Shown: piece by piece, positions 48,801 to 57,641 of the stretch
Layout: each line of letters starts with the position of its first letter
Position numbering within the stretch: the first letter of the stretch is position 1
IMG/VR virus record: IMGVR_UViG_3300036944_001066
Span: 391-64,390 of that record
DNA from: a virus
Lineage: Duplodnaviria; Caudoviricetes
DNA length: 64,000 nucleotides
Direction: 5' to 3' (one strand)
Position numbers and translations under genes: made by a program
The notes under the pieces: model-generated
Database searches by the model: none
What the model was told of the DNA's origin: nothing
The model's input: the letters and a program-made list of their open reading frames with translations, nothing else

Positions 48801-51800
48801 TCGGTCTCAGGCGTGACGCCAATCAGGCCGAATTGCGAGTGAGCGACGATCACAACATCCCAGTCACCGGTCGCCACGCGGGCGAACAGGCGCTTGCGGT
48901 TCTGCTTCTCGAAGTCGCGTTTGGTCGGGGCCAGAACCTTTGCGCCCGGGTAGAGCTTCTGGAAGTCGGCGGCCCACTGTCCGACAAGATGGTTCGGCAC
49001 AGTGAGGACAGGCTTCTTTGCCTGCCCGGTACGGCGCTTCTCCATGATGGACGCGATCAGGGCGAATGTCTTGCCTGCACCGACGGTATGGTCCGCCAGC
49101 GCGACAGATGACTGAAGCGTGCGCCAGACAAACGATTTCTGGTGCGGGCGCAGCGTTACGATGTCGTCGCCGACCTTGCCCGGCAACGACAGGTGCGCGC
49201 CGTCATAGACGCGGATGACGTCGGTGTTGAAAGTATCGTTATAGAGCCGAGCCAGTTCGACGCGGCGTGCATCGTCCTGCCAAAGCCAGCGGTTCCACTC
49301 TTCCTTGACGCGCGAGACCTTCTCGTTGGCGGCCTCCGTTGCCGCCTGGTCGATCACGTCTTTGCCTTCGGCATCCTTCGTGTAGACCTGCGCCGACTTG
49401 CCGTTGATCGCAGCGTTGACGATCTGGCTCACCGATGCCCGTCCGGTAGCCCACATGGCATCAGATGCCGGCGTCGAGCGGGGCACGTCCAGCACCCAGA
49501 TGCCGTTGCCCCTGGAGTAAACCGCGCGTGCGCCTTTGCTCCCGGTGATGTGCTCGATGAAGTCGCCGACGTGCTTCGGCGGCACCCAGGGCGAACCCGC
49601 CTTCACATCGATGTCGATTGCCTCGATATCTTCCGGCTGCACATCCCGCAGGGCAGCAACGTTGCGACGGAATGTCGGGTCAGAGACGGCGGCACGCTCG
49701 GCCTCGGCCAGCTTTTGCTTAACGTTTCCGGACAGGTAGGCGTCGGCCGTTTCATAAGTGCCGGCCGGCGTCTGATAGAGAAGCGAACCCAGCTCATCGA
49801 CGATGGCGTCGGCAGGCTTGCCGTACAGCCGCGACATTTCATCAAGGTCAACACGGCCACGGTCATTTAGCACCTGCGCCAGCGCATCTTTCGCCGATGC
49901 GGCCGAGGTCGGGCGCTGATACGGTTGCTGGGTGCGCTTGGTGAAGATTGGAGCCTTGTCGGCCTTCGGCGGGCGGGCCTTCTCGCCCGTCTTCTTGGCG
50001 ACTTCGGCGGAAATGCCCTTGTCGTAATTGTTTTCCAGCGCCGAAATCTGCGGCCACGTCGGATCGTCGCGGAACAGGCGCTTGTTGGCGTCGTGGTTGA
50101 TCGGCCCGTTCTTGCCAACGAAGGCGTCATATGCCTTGTTCAGCCGCTCGCGCAGGTTCTCGATCTGCTTATCGGTCGCTGTGTCGCTGATCTGCGCACG
50201 ACGGAGGCGCGCGAACCCATCACGGACGCGCACCATTCCCTCGACACGTTCTTTGGCCTTGTCGCTGGCGAACGCCACCGGCTTTGACTGGGGCGTGCCC
50301 AGGCTATCGGCGATGCGCTCATGGACCGTGCCATCCGACGACAGGAACATCGAGCCAACGGATGCAGCCTCGACGCCATCGACGACGGTTTCGGTCGGGC
50401 GCATTTCCACGCCCGGCTCCGGCATCAAATCCTTGGGCAACGTCGCGATTGCAGCGCGCAGTTCCGCTGGCAGATCCTGCCCCTCGCGCGCGACAAGCGC
50501 GGGCTCATCCGGGCCGTACATCGTGCCATAGGCGCCGAAATCGCCCAGCATCATGCCGGGGTTGGCAATGAAGTAGCGGTTGAGCGGAACCGTCTTGCCG
50601 TCTTTGCCGCGGTAGTCGGCCACATCCACCCACGCGCGATCGCCCGGGCCGTCTTCTGCCGTGCGCTTGCGCAGGATGACGATATCCGTGGTCACTTCGG
50701 TGCCGGCGTTCTTCAGAAACGCATTGTTAGGCAACCGGATTGCGCCGACGAGGTCCGCCTGATTGGCAATCATCGTGCGCGCAGCGGCATTGTTGCCGTC
50801 GAGGAAGCGGTTTGTCACCACCATTGCCAGCACGCCGCCGGGGCGCAGCGCCTCAACAGCCTTGGCAAAGAAGAAATTGTGGATCGAAAGCTTGTTGAGG
50901 TGGCGACGGTTCTTGTCGTACAGCCGCTCGGAGCCGAAAGGCGGGTTGCCAATGACCAGGTCGAAATAGTCGTTCGGCACCACAAGCGTCTCGAATCCCA
51001 TCGGCGCCTGAATATTGGTCGCGGGGTAAAGGTTCTTGGCGATGCCGCCCGTGATGTGGTCAAGCTCGACGCCGGTCACATGCGATCCGGATTTCGCGCC
51101 AGCCGGCATCATGCCGATGAAGTTGCCGGCGCCGACCGACGGTTCAAGCACCTGCCCGCCCTTGAAACCAAGCTGCTGCGCGACGTTCCAGACGGCATCG
51201 ACGATTTCGGGCGAGGTGTAATGCGCGTTGCGTGTCGAGGATTCGGCCGCACGGTATTCTTCCGGCGTCAGCAATGCCTTCAACTCGGCGGCCTGCTTCT
51301 CCCAGCCCTTGTTCGCTGATCCGTCATCACGGAAGAACGCGGCACGGAGGCCGCCCCAGCCTACCCACTTCGCAAGCACCGCCTGCTCTTCGCGGGTGGC
51401 CGGCCGGTTCTCATCGGCAAGCGTGCGCAAAACCTTGATGGCCGCGACGTTGCCAGCGAACTTGGCCTTCGATCCGCCTTGGCCGATCTGGTCGCCATCC
51501 GTGATGGCATAGTCGGCCGGCAGGTTCTGCGCCGGCGTGGCTGCGCTCTCGACGCCCTTGAGGGCATCAAGCGACGACTGAGGGGCTACTCGGCGTCCAT
51601 CGACCGTTGGCCGGCCCGCATTGCGTCCATCATCGCCGCGCTGATCGACGTCGGGCTCTGCGGCTGCGTTCCTTCCGGTGGCGGGAACAGATACTCCTCC
51701 CGCGTCATCTGCCACGCCTCGTCCGGACTGAACCCGCTCTGCTCCAGCGCGTCCGTCTCCCGAAACGTCATCTCGGCCGCCTGCTGCAGGGCGCTCTCCA

Positions 51801-54800
51801 ACTGCCCGGCGTCCTTCAGCGCCTGGTACCGCGTCGGCTGGAATTCCTTCCAGTGCTGGCGCGCCTGGCTGATCCAGTTCTGCAGGTTCATCTGCGGTCT
51901 CCTTACCAATCGCGTTGACATCGGCGCTATCCACCTCGGCCGCGCTCGACATGCCGTCAAAGCCAGTAGCGCGAGGATCATATTTCACACCCATATACCA
52001 TGATTTCAGGTATGGGCGCGCTACCTCGCCGAGGTCACCGATCATCGCGGAGGCGTAGGCGGCAAACGTGCGTGCGCCCTTCTCGATGTGGTAGCCGGCA
52101 AGCGTGATACCAGCCTGCATGATCTCTGGATCGATACCGCTATTAAGCTGATTGAGTTTGGAGCGCAGCAACGCACGGGCCTTATCGGCCGCGCTTTCCG
52201 TAAAGATCTTGTTCTCGCTGACGGCCGGCGCGGCCTTCACCGCCGCCTGCTTCTCCGGGACCAGGTTTGTCTTTTCCCATGCGGACAGTTCGCGGTCCGT
52301 GGGGATGGACGAATGGGTGCGCTCGCGATCAAGCGAACCGTCCTTCTTGACCTCGGCAACTGTCACGGTCCATTCGGTCCCGTTGCGGTTGAAGCTGATC
52401 ACGCGATCTTTGCCGCCGCCATAAGCATCGACGTCTCGGCCCGGCTGAAAATAATTCTCGTAGCGGTCCACGCGCTGCGCTTGCGTCAACGGTTTGGGAC
52501 GTGGTGCGGCTGACGGCTTCGCAACAGATGCCGGTGCCGGGGCAGTTTTCTCCACCGACGGCTTCGCTGCGGCAACCGGCCGAGCCGTCTCCGCCTCGTA
52601 GATCTGCATCGCCGATTGATAAACATCATCCGCCTGCGAAGCACGGACCTTGAGACCGGCGCCATCGCGCGCACCGATGTAACCCATCAGGTACGGCTCG
52701 ATCGGGTCCGTCGTGCCACCGTGCGGTGCGGGCTTCGTTGGCGGCTTGCCTTCCTTCTGATCGAGCCAGCCGGCAATCATCTGGTATGCGACCGAGCTTT
52801 CGCGGTGCGGATCCATCGGCTTGATTTCGGCGCGGAACTTGCGGAATGCCGGCGTGGCCCAAACGGCTTTCACCTCATCGTCCGTCACCTGACGCATGCG
52901 CGCCTTGTCCTGATCCGGCACGCCGGCGCTGCGCTCGCTGAATCGCTTTGCCGTGTTGCCGGTCTCAAGCCACTGCTTGAATTCGCCCAGCGTCGTTTCC
53001 GTCACCGGACCCAGCTTCCAGCCGTCGCTGTAGTTGTCGAGATAGCCCTGTTCTGCCTCGGCCTGTGCGTTGAAGCCGAGCATCACCTTGTGCTCATCCC
53101 ACTTGCCATCGGGGCCGACTTGGTCGACCACGAAAACCGGCGCGGCATCAGTCAGCGTCTCTGTGCCTGGCTTCACGAACACGTCGATGTGGTCTTTGTC
53201 GCGGCCCACGGTGCCCTTGATGTAGCCATAATGGCTTTGCATCCGCACCGACCACTGCTTGCCGCCCTTGTCCACGCCCTTGCGATCGGAGCCGGCCGGG
53301 TTCTCGATCGAGATGTCGAGCCCGCCAATGCGCGCATGGCCGAGCTTGTAGTTGCCGGCTTCCTTCTGCGCCTGCGTCGGCTCCGGCCGCTCGTTCTCCG
53401 GCGACGTTGCGGCTTCTTTGGCTGCTTGGTCGACGGTAAGTGCAACGTCGCCAGCCTCGCGCAGGTAGTTGATCCCTTCCCGAACCGCAGCATTGCGGAC
53501 AGCCTGCAAGGTTGCTTGCGCAGCGGGTGAAATTGGCCCGCCAGCGTCTGCGCCAATCTGGTCCCCGTAGCTGGAAAGCTTGACGTAACCGTGATTTTCA
53601 ACTGGAATAAGGTCCGCCTCAAATAGGCGGCCAAGGAATTCAGCGTGATCACCGGACGGATTGCTGGTGGGCTTCAAGACGTAAAGCTTTCCATCTGGCT
53701 CGATGATTGCGGCTTCTTCGCGCCGAGGGTGCTCAACAATCCTGCGAACATATTCGATAGGCGACATGCGTTCGCCCATTTCTTTGTAGATGGCCGTCAA
53801 TTTTTGTTTGGTATTCTGCGCCGGCTTTGCAGCTTCCGCTGTCTGAATGTCCGTGATGGAGTTGCCGGCATGCATCCGCGCAAACGCGGTATAGCCGGGG
53901 ATGTCGTTGACCTCATTCCAAAGTTCAAGCGGATAGCTGCCGATCTTGGCAACATCGGTAAACGGGATATCCCGCGAGCCGGGAGCGATGCCCCAGCGGT
54001 TTTCCTTTGCGTTCCATGTGACCAACGATGCGGTGTTGCCGCGAATGACGACGCGCGAGCCCTTCTCGCCAACGCCGCTCAGACCGGCAGAACTCAGAAC
54101 GCTGGCGTTTGTGTCGAGGAAGATTGTGCGCGCGCTGCGAGGCTTTAGCCCCTTGTCGCCTTCATGGCCCGGATCGGCACGTTCGGCCTTTACGCGCGTC
54201 GTGGTGCCGTCCGCATGCAAGGTGTAGCGGCTACCTTTCGCAGTCGTGAAAGTCTGCTCGCCGCCGCTCGCCGAATCCTCCTGCACCGCGCCGCCATTAC
54301 GTACCGCGTCGATCTTGGCGCGGATAGCGGGCGTGAACGTGCCCCACATCGCGTTTTCGCTGCGCTTGACGCCTGCCTCGTCGAGGATGCGCTTGCGCTC
54401 CGGTGCCGTCAGTTCGGCATCCCACCACATTTCGTTGCCGACCGTGTTCGTCGTATCTGCGTCGGCCTTGGACCGCTCAAGCTGCCACTGCTTCAGCCGG
54501 CGCTCGTTGACCGGTGCAATGCGCTGCGGCAGATCAGATCCAGCCGTCTTTGCCGCACGCTGCGCGCGGTACCGATAATCATCGGCCATGCTGCCGAGCG
54601 CCTGCGGCGTCACCTTGAAGGCATCGGCCAGCGCTTTGTGTTCCGGCACGTCAACCGAGCCAAGATCCAACTGCGACGAACCGCTTGCCTTGGAGATCGC
54701 CCGATTAAGGCCGAGATCGAAAAGCCTTGCGTGGTTTTCGTCCGGCATGACAAGCGTCTTGCCCATGACTTTGCGCATGGTCGGCCCGGCAACAGCGGCC

Positions 54801-57514
54801 TTCTCTTCGGTGCGGTCCACCGGCGGCACGCGCCGCGCATCTTCTGCCGCCACCTGCTTTGGCGTCTGCTTGTTGACCTTCAGGCTTTCGAGCGGAACCT
54901 GGTACGACTTGCCGTCATCGGCGCGCACGACGGCGTCCGTGCCGTCCCACGTTTCAACGGTACCGGCAAACCGGCCGGCCTTCTCGTCGTTGACGATGAT
55001 GCGCTGGCCCGGCGGTGGTGCGCTGGGGAAGCGCATGTTGGCTTCCATGTCCTGCGATGCGGGCGCCAGTCCCTCATTGGTCACCGTTGCAGAAACCGGT
55101 GCTGCCGGCTCCAACGCCGGATCGGTCGAAAACTCGGGCAGGCTATCGCCAATCGGGATTGGCCCGGTTTCGGGCGGGTTATCGGCCGCGATCTTCTCCG
55201 GCGAATCCGCAATCTTCGACAGGTTGGCGAGCGGGATCTGGTAGACCTCGCCAGTGCCGCTATCGACGATGACAGCTTCATCGCCTTCGTAACTGTCCAC
55301 GCGACCCATGAAAGGCTCAATGCCATCCGCATCGACGCGCACCGTGGCGCCGACTTCCGGTGCGCCATCTGGCATCGCTGCGGCGGCCGGCATTGCCACC
55401 GGCACCGCTGCTGCGGCGCGTGCCGCCTGCTGCTCTGCCGCATGCTGGGTGGCTCTGCCAATCGGCCCGCTTGCCGTTGTCTGCACCGTGGGTGCGGCTG
55501 GTGCGCCTGCATCTGCCGGCATCGCCTCGCCTTCGGCTCTCGGCCTGGCTGCACCACCGACGCCGCCGAGCGTGCCGCCCATGGCTCCACCACCGGCAAG
55601 GCCAGACGCAACCGCCTCGCCGACGCCTTCCGTAATCTGCTGATCCGGGTTCACCCGCTGCACGCCGGCATTCTCGGCCATCGTCTGCAGCGCGCTCTGC
55701 GGCGCCTCTTCAAGCACGCCCTCGCCGATCATGCCGCGCACCGTACCTGCCAGCACACGCTTTGCCACGTTGCCGCCGACACCCTCGGCGAGGATCTTTG
55801 CCAGCGCACGATCGCCCATGCCGCCGAACATGCCGGTGGCAACGCCTGCCATGAGGAACGACTGCGTTGCTGCGTCCTCGGTCACTGCCTTGATTGCCTC
55901 TTCCTGGCTCATGCCGCCATCGACGAGTGCCTTGACGGCATCGCTTTCGGCCAGTTGGTCCGGCGCAATCTGCCCGATCCGGTCGCGCACGTTCTTCGCA
56001 GCGTCCGCACCGCCCAGGATGCCTTCCGAGATCGCGCCGGCAACCGTGGCCGTGCGTGCGGCGACTGCTGCGGCCTGCACCTGCGATCCGGTTGCCGCCA
56101 TGGTGCGCAGATACGCGCCACGCGCCAGAATGCCGCCGGGGAGCATCGTCACCAGTGTGCTTGGCGCACTTTCGCCCACCACGCGCAGATAGCTGCGAGG
56201 ATCGCGCCACGCCGGGCCAAACCGCTTGTTGTCGGCGTCCCACCAGTTTTTGGCGTCCGCATCCTGCTGTGCCTGCGTCACCGACGCATTGGCCTGCGTC
56301 TGGCTCTGCGACAGGCGCTGATCCAGCGTCTTGCCCATCGCCCAACGGTCAATATCGTCGGATGCCTGCAGGAACGCCTCCCCGCCTGGCAGTTTGCGGA
56401 ACACGGTGTCAGCGAGCGAAGACAGGGACTGCCCAAGGCCGATGGTGCCGGACTTGAGGATGCGTCCGGTATCGCCGAACACGCCACCGGAACGGTTCTC
56501 CTCTTCCCACTTCTGCTGCCAGTCGCCCAACTGCGATTCCGCGATGGTCTCGTAACGGCCCGGATCTTTCGCCTCGAGCGCTTCGACGCGCTGCGCGGCC
56601 TCCGCATTGTGCTGCTCATTGAGCGCGTTGATGCGATTGGTTTCCGACTGCGTTGCCGCTGCCTCTGCGGCGGCCTCGATCTGCGCGCGCCGCTGCTTGG
56701 CCATGTCGTCGAACGGATTTCCGCCGGCCATCAGCCCCATGGGGTCCGAAGCCTTGAAATTCTCGTCGACCACGATCGAGTTACCAGACGCGCTGGCCGA
56801 GACCGGGCCAAGTGGCGCACGTTCAACGCGGCCCAAGGCGCGATTGAACTTTTCGCCATAGGCGCCAATGCTGGTTCCCAAAGAATCCTTGCGCTCTGTC
56901 TTGCCAACGCCCCCAGCTCCGCCAAACCATGCCTGCGCAGCGCCCTCCGGTCCAAAGCGTGCCACGTATTTTCCGAACTGATGGTCGAAAACGGCATCTT
57001 GAATATCGGGATTTGCAAGAAACTCTTCTGCGGTTACCTCTCGCCCAATTGCCGCCTTGGACCACGGGCCAACATTGGCTTCCATGACCTGGTACCGGCC
57101 GAGAGCATACCCCATAGAACGATGTTTCGGCCCGATTGCAGAGTAGTCTCCGCTCCCTTTGCTTTCGATCGATGCGATAGCCTCACGATAGGCTGGCATT
57201 TCAGGGAACTGCGGCGTGAACACCTCTTTGCGCGCTGGCTTGGGCGCATATGTGCCATCGCGCAGCACGGCTGCGAACGGATCAGCGCCCTCATCGCCGA
57301 GACCGGGCATTTCTGCAATCCGGCTGGTTTTTTCCGCGCGCGGTGCCTTGGTCACATACGGGTCGCGATAGCTGCTTTCGGACTTGGCTGCAGGTGCATC
57401 CGCCTTCTCCGCCGGCGTTGCCTCAACCGGCTTCTCGGCCGCTGCGCTCGGCTTCCCGCCATAGATGTTGAGCGGGTCATTCCAGTCGCCGTCGAGGCCG
57501 AGGATAACAGGCAT
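42857..57514 (-). CDS. Giant DarB-like polyvalent virion protein (~4885 aa)
   Basis: Lysozyme-like (IASIES, GRYQVM), InPase-like (HYGYIKGT..RDKDHIDVFV), N6-MTase (LEPSVGAG, NPPF), SNF2 (VGAGKT, DEFH, PWRPSDLEQRDGR), HNHP domain, YFPLGRFG; RBS GGAG. Confidence 0.93.
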   Translation of the reverse strand: MPVILGLDGDWNDPLNIYGGKPSAAAEKPVEATPAEKADAPAAKSESSYRDPYVTKAPRAEKTSRIAEMPGLGDEGADPFAAVLRDGTYAPKPARKEVFTPQFPEMPAYREAIASIESKGSGDYSAIGPKHRSMGYALGRYQVMEANVGPWSKAAIGREVTAEEFLANPDIQDAVFDHQFGKYVARFGPEGAAQAWFGGAGGVGKTERKDSLGTSIGAYGEKFNRALGRVERAPLGPVSASASGNSIVVDENFKASDPMGLMAGGNPFDDMAKQRRAQIEAAAEAAATQSETNRINALNEQHNAEAAQRVEALEAKDPGRYETIAESQLGDWQQKWEEENRSGGVFGDTGRILKSGTIGLGQSLSSLADTVFRKLPGGEAFLQASDDIDRWAMGKTLDQRLSQSQTQANASVTQAQQDADAKNWWDADNKRFGPAWRDPRSYLRVVGESAPSTLVTMLPGGILARGAYLRTMAATGSQVQAAAVAARTATVAGAISEGILGGADAAKNVRDRIGQIAPDQLAESDAVKALVDGGMSQEEAIKAVTEDAATQSFLMAGVATGMFGGMGDRALAKILAEGVGGNVAKRVLAGTVRGMIGEGVLEEAPQSALQTMAENAGVQRVNPDQQITEGVGEAVASGLAGGGAMGGTLGGVGGAARPRAEGEAMPADAGAPAAPTVQTTASGPIGRATQHAAEQQAARAAAAVPVAMPAAAAMPDGAPEVGATVRVDADGIEPFMGRVDSYEGDEAVIVDSGTGEVYQIPLANLSKIADSPEKIAADNPPETGPIPIGDSLPEFSTDPALEPAAPVSATVTNEGLAPASQDMEANMRFPSAPPPGQRIIVNDEKAGRFAGTVETWDGTDAVVRADDGKSYQVPLESLKVNKQTPKQVAAEDARRVPPVDRTEEKAAVAGPTMRKVMGKTLVMPDENHARLFDLGLNRAISKASGSSQLDLGSVDVPEHKALADAFKVTPQALGSMADDYRYRAQRAAKTAGSDLPQRIAPVNERRLKQWQLERSKADADTTNTVGNEMWWDAELTAPERKRILDEAGVKRSENAMWGTFTPAIRAKIDAVRNGGAVQEDSASGGEQTFTTAKGSRYTLHADGTTTRVKAERADPGHEGDKGLKPRSARTIFLDTNASVLSSAGLSGVGEKGSRVVIRGNTASLVTWNAKENRWGIAPGSRDIPFTDVAKIGSYPLELWNEVNDIPGYTAFARMHAGNSITDIQTAEAAKPAQNTKQKLTAIYKEMGERMSPIEYVRRIVEHPRREEAAIIEPDGKLYVLKPTSNPSGDHAEFLGRLFEADLIPVENHGYVKLSSYGDQIGADAGGPISPAAQATLQAVRNAAVREGINYLREAGDVALTVDQAAKEAATSPENERPEPTQAQKEAGNYKLGHARIGGLDISIENPAGSDRKGVDKGGKQWSVRMQSHYGYIKGTVGRDKDHIDVFVKPGTETLTDAAPVFVVDQVGPDGKWDEHKVMLGFNAQAEAEQGYLDNYSDGWKLGPVTETTLGEFKQWLETGNTAKRFSERSAGVPDQDKARMRQVTDDEVKAVWATPAFRKFRAEIKPMDPHRESSVAYQMIAGWLDQKEGKPPTKPAPHGGTTDPIEPYLMGYIGARDGAGLKVRASQADDVYQSAMQIYEAETARPVAAAKPSVEKTAPAPASVAKPSAAPRPKPLTQAQRVDRYENYFQPGRDVDAYGGGKDRVISFNRNGTEWTVTVAEVKKDGSLDRERTHSSIPTDRELSAWEKTNLVPEKQAAVKAAPAVSENKIFTESAADKARALLRSKLNQLNSGIDPEIMQAGITLAGYHIEKGARTFAAYASAMIGDLGEVARPYLKSWYMGVKYDPRATGFDGMSSAAEVDSADVNAIGKETADEPAELDQPGAPALEGIPADAVPGAEGRRAVGERPAAGGRDDVSGDGRAGAERVQSGRGVADDAGGVSVPATGRNAAAEPDVDQRGDDGRNAGRPTVDGRRVAPQSSLDALKGVESAATPAQNLPADYAITDGDQIGQGGSKAKFAGNVAAIKVLRTLADENRPATREEQAVLAKWVGWGGLRAAFFRDDGSANKGWEKQAAELKALLTPEEYRAAESSTRNAHYTSPEIVDAVWNVAQQLGFKGGQVLEPSVGAGNFIGMMPAGAKSGSHVTGVELDHITGGIAKNLYPATNIQAPMGFETLVVPNDYFDLVIGNPPFGSERLYDKNRRHLNKLSIHNFFFAKAVEALRPGGVLAMVVTNRFLDGNNAAARTMIANQADLVGAIRLPNNAFLKNAGTEVTTDIVILRKRTAEDGPGDRAWVDVADYRGKDGKTVPLNRYFIANPGMMLGDFGAYGTMYGPDEPALVAREGQDLPAELRAAIATLPKDLMPEPGVEMRPTETVVDGVEAASVGSMFLSSDGTVHERIADSLGTPQSKPVAFASDKAKERVEGMVRVRDGFARLRRAQISDTATDKQIENLRERLNKAYDAFVGKNGPINHDANKRLFRDDPTWPQISALENNYDKGISAEVAKKTGEKARPPKADKAPIFTKRTQQPYQRPTSAASAKDALAQVLNDRGRVDLDEMSRLYGKPADAIVDELGSLLYQTPAGTYETADAYLSGNVKQKLAEAERAAVSDPTFRRNVAALRDVQPEDIEAIDIDVKAGSPWVPPKHVGDFIEHITGSKGARAVYSRGNGIWVLDVPRSTPASDAMWATGRASVSQIVNAAINGKSAQVYTKDAEGKDVIDQAATEAANEKVSRVKEEWNRWLWQDDARRVELARLYNDTFNTDVIRVYDGAHLSLPGKVGDDIVTLRPHQKSFVWRTLQSSVALADHTVGAGKTFALIASIMEKRRTGQAKKPVLTVPNHLVGQWAADFQKLYPGAKVLAPTKRDFEKQNRKRLFARVATGDWDVVIVAHSQFGLIGVTPETEAAFIQQQIGDLEQSITDMRRETGEKSRNVAQLAKQRQNLESKIKGLLDAGRKDDGLYFDDLGVDALYVDEFHEFKNLPFVTGMQRVAGLGNPTGSKKATDMFIKIQNVLDRTGGNIVVATGTPLSNTMAEMYTVQRYLDKKRLGNLGLSHFDAWARVFGEAVTDWELSPSGQYKLNTRFAKFVNIPELMKMYLGFADVISNDDIKAQLAAQGKTLPLPKVMGGKPNNITVERSQDQAAFIGEGRMDANGEMQFPEGSLVYRAEHLPKKAEKGADNMLKVMSDARKAALDMRLIDPAYADNPDSKVSRAADEMKRIYDKWSDKRGAQLVFIDLSTPKKAKAKQESELRDLMRKAEEGDEAAQEKLDAMSPDEFLALTSKFSVYDDLRQKLIDRGVPADEIAFIHDANTEIQKEELFGKVRSGRTRFLFGSTAKMGAGTNVQNRLVALHHLDAPWRPSDLEQRDGRIIRQGNELYDEDPNGFEVEILRYATKNTLDARQWQGIEAKARFIGQVRKGDVKTRQIEDIAGEAANAAEMKAAASGNPLILEEMETRRKLRTLEGQASEHNRNQHRIRDKIRQAREEIEAINARLPGERTDAANAEKLADQPFKAIVDGETFEKPKEFGAALLARMRKGIVDGMGGAETVGKYGDFTIRMDHMYEAKFDVEIKGARSYHLTIEDVGQQDPTGLAMSITNQVRRLTKLPASDEARAADVQEQIPLIAKQIGPWPNAAELEETATKHRALLDALKPKKPGTAPVAAPADADVLPAKADKRPDPVVKSTQDLRSLPVPPRNAEESLMQWAFRVVSEPGLKSGNEHLVAIDDDGAVVEYGTAGRPSMTGMSNKLASAMSNPDRQIVIFHNHPRNSPLSGADIAFSVMPGLHATWAIGAGGRNTRYEPTDRMKAWRAKFSDDTGTQIYRLADMTSALAKISQFMTEFLQRQVNNGNTVASVADEAHGYAIQEVAQRAGIIAYFTNQSYDFASVPGMDAKINEAAKRLEGAVFNDTTAKTADAGIYRSAKPVRHIAEMEGMAVAGRGDVGANPKSGGLAEAGARDYSPEKRRTVNRERITRELSGRLTDLTPAVLKTIPLNYFTELARPNMVAVGEYLRVKRLMDAFRGQKHADADEIAGQWLKFTRLGFASRDKAKAQALSDLMHDSTIFGVDPSSTEDEEKAKGHYAALRQRYLALPPAGRELYNKVRNAYSAQAAELDEILLDNVRKAQEIAREQAERRYKKSLEQIRDAGLAMDLRRKAEEDAKSAYQAETTKSSWAAKARMTKLRIAFESSRVPAPYFPLGRFGRYFVTVRDVDGSVLTFSKFEKAADRDRFASEVGREYPGGTVEKGVMEEGADLRNSMDPRMVAEIETILGGAGVDSEVMDMIWQRYLETMPDLSTRKRFIHRKGTAGFNRDALRVFSSHMFHAAHQMAKVKYGLELQELVQQARDQAREADDPTRGMTLSNELAKRHDWVMNPTGGKAAQVLTSAAFVWFLAASPASAALNMTQTVMMGMPILAGRFGGMKMAGQALMKASMDSVKGRGSITNANLSREEKDAIQAFYDSGLIDRTQSHELAGVGDTGVNYSPLRARVMGVISWAFHRAEVWNREVTALAAYRMARGSGQDHLAAIDTAHDLTWKTHFDYSNSSRPAIMQNDIAKVALVFRNYNVNMLYRMFRDIHQSLKGETPAARKEARYQLAGVVGMQALFAGVSGVAGFNLAMMVAGLIFGDEDDDPLGFEQAFRTDMVNILGPELGGVVLNGVPGHYLGIDLTTRIGMPDLWFRSPNRELQGKDEYQYWLSQSLGATVGLGENLYNGFNLVMDGEVARGIETAAPKVVRDLMKSYRYASEGLTSFDGTTVMTADQIGVHGIVAQALGFTPASVAETWDRNTALKNAETRIMRERQRLVTKWAMSVIEGEDAEIDKATKAIDKWNDVPLHQAVPIKPDTLKRSVKTRMKNSANRDEQGTLIRNELLGERLRGALSERIYD
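45586..45795 (-). CDS. Nested 69-aa gene in the +1 frame of the giant gene
   Basis: RBS AAGGGG; PPSPFDTLQKWKEWLSQVEAM amphipathic helix. Confidence 0.55.
   Translation of the reverse strand: MTQQQKLLMPGFIDPPSPFDTLQKWKEWLSQVEAMSARIPNRADLLKQARETIRLKSAERSIGNGLPVN
51586..51891 (-). CDS. Nested 101-aa gene (TnpV-like) in the +1 frame of the giant gene
   Basis: RBS AAGGAG 7 nt upstream; ARQHWKEFQPTRYQALKDAGQLESAL...EAWQMTREEYL. Confidence 0.65.
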   Translation of the reverse strand: MNLQNWISQARQHWKEFQPTRYQALKDAGQLESALQQAAEMTFRETDALEQSGFSPDEAWQMTREEYLFPPPEGTQPQSPTSISAAMMDAMRAGQRSMDAE

Positions 57515-57541
57515 GGGTGTGGCTCCGGTTGAATTGGAGCC

Positions 57542-57554
57542 GCACGTCCTGCGC
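57542..57554 (-). promoter_or_regulatory. Late-leader GGA hairpin GCGC-AGGAC-GTGC
   Basis: TATAAA at 57573-57568; 27 nt before ATG 57514. Confidence 0.75.
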
Positions 57555-57588
57555 GACAAGTGCATGATTTATAGATGGCGGCGGGGCA

Positions 57589-57624
57589 TAAGAAAAGCCC
57601 GCCGGGGCTATCCGACGGGCTTCT
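57589..57624 (-). terminator. Rho-independent terminator
   Basis: AGCCCGTCGG...CCGGCGGGCT followed by TTTCTT on the minus strand. Confidence 0.75.
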
Positions 57625-57641
57625 GCGCGATCTTATCTCGA

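Noticed and set aside
53173-53652. Third possible nested ORF in the giant gene
   Set aside because: Arg/Ser-rich off-frame composition, no clear RBS, and it overlaps the conserved InPase-like domain
43010-57532. Long plus-strand ORFs (663, 842 and 1122 aa) opposite the giant gene
   Set aside because: Antisense shadows with non-globular composition and no recognisable motifs, unlike the two same-strand nested ORFs
57515-57565. Upstream extensions of the giant, capsid, endolysin and 57642 ORFs in the ORF track
   Set aside because: RBS positions and the shared leader motif place the starts at 57514, 33139, 32991 and 57956
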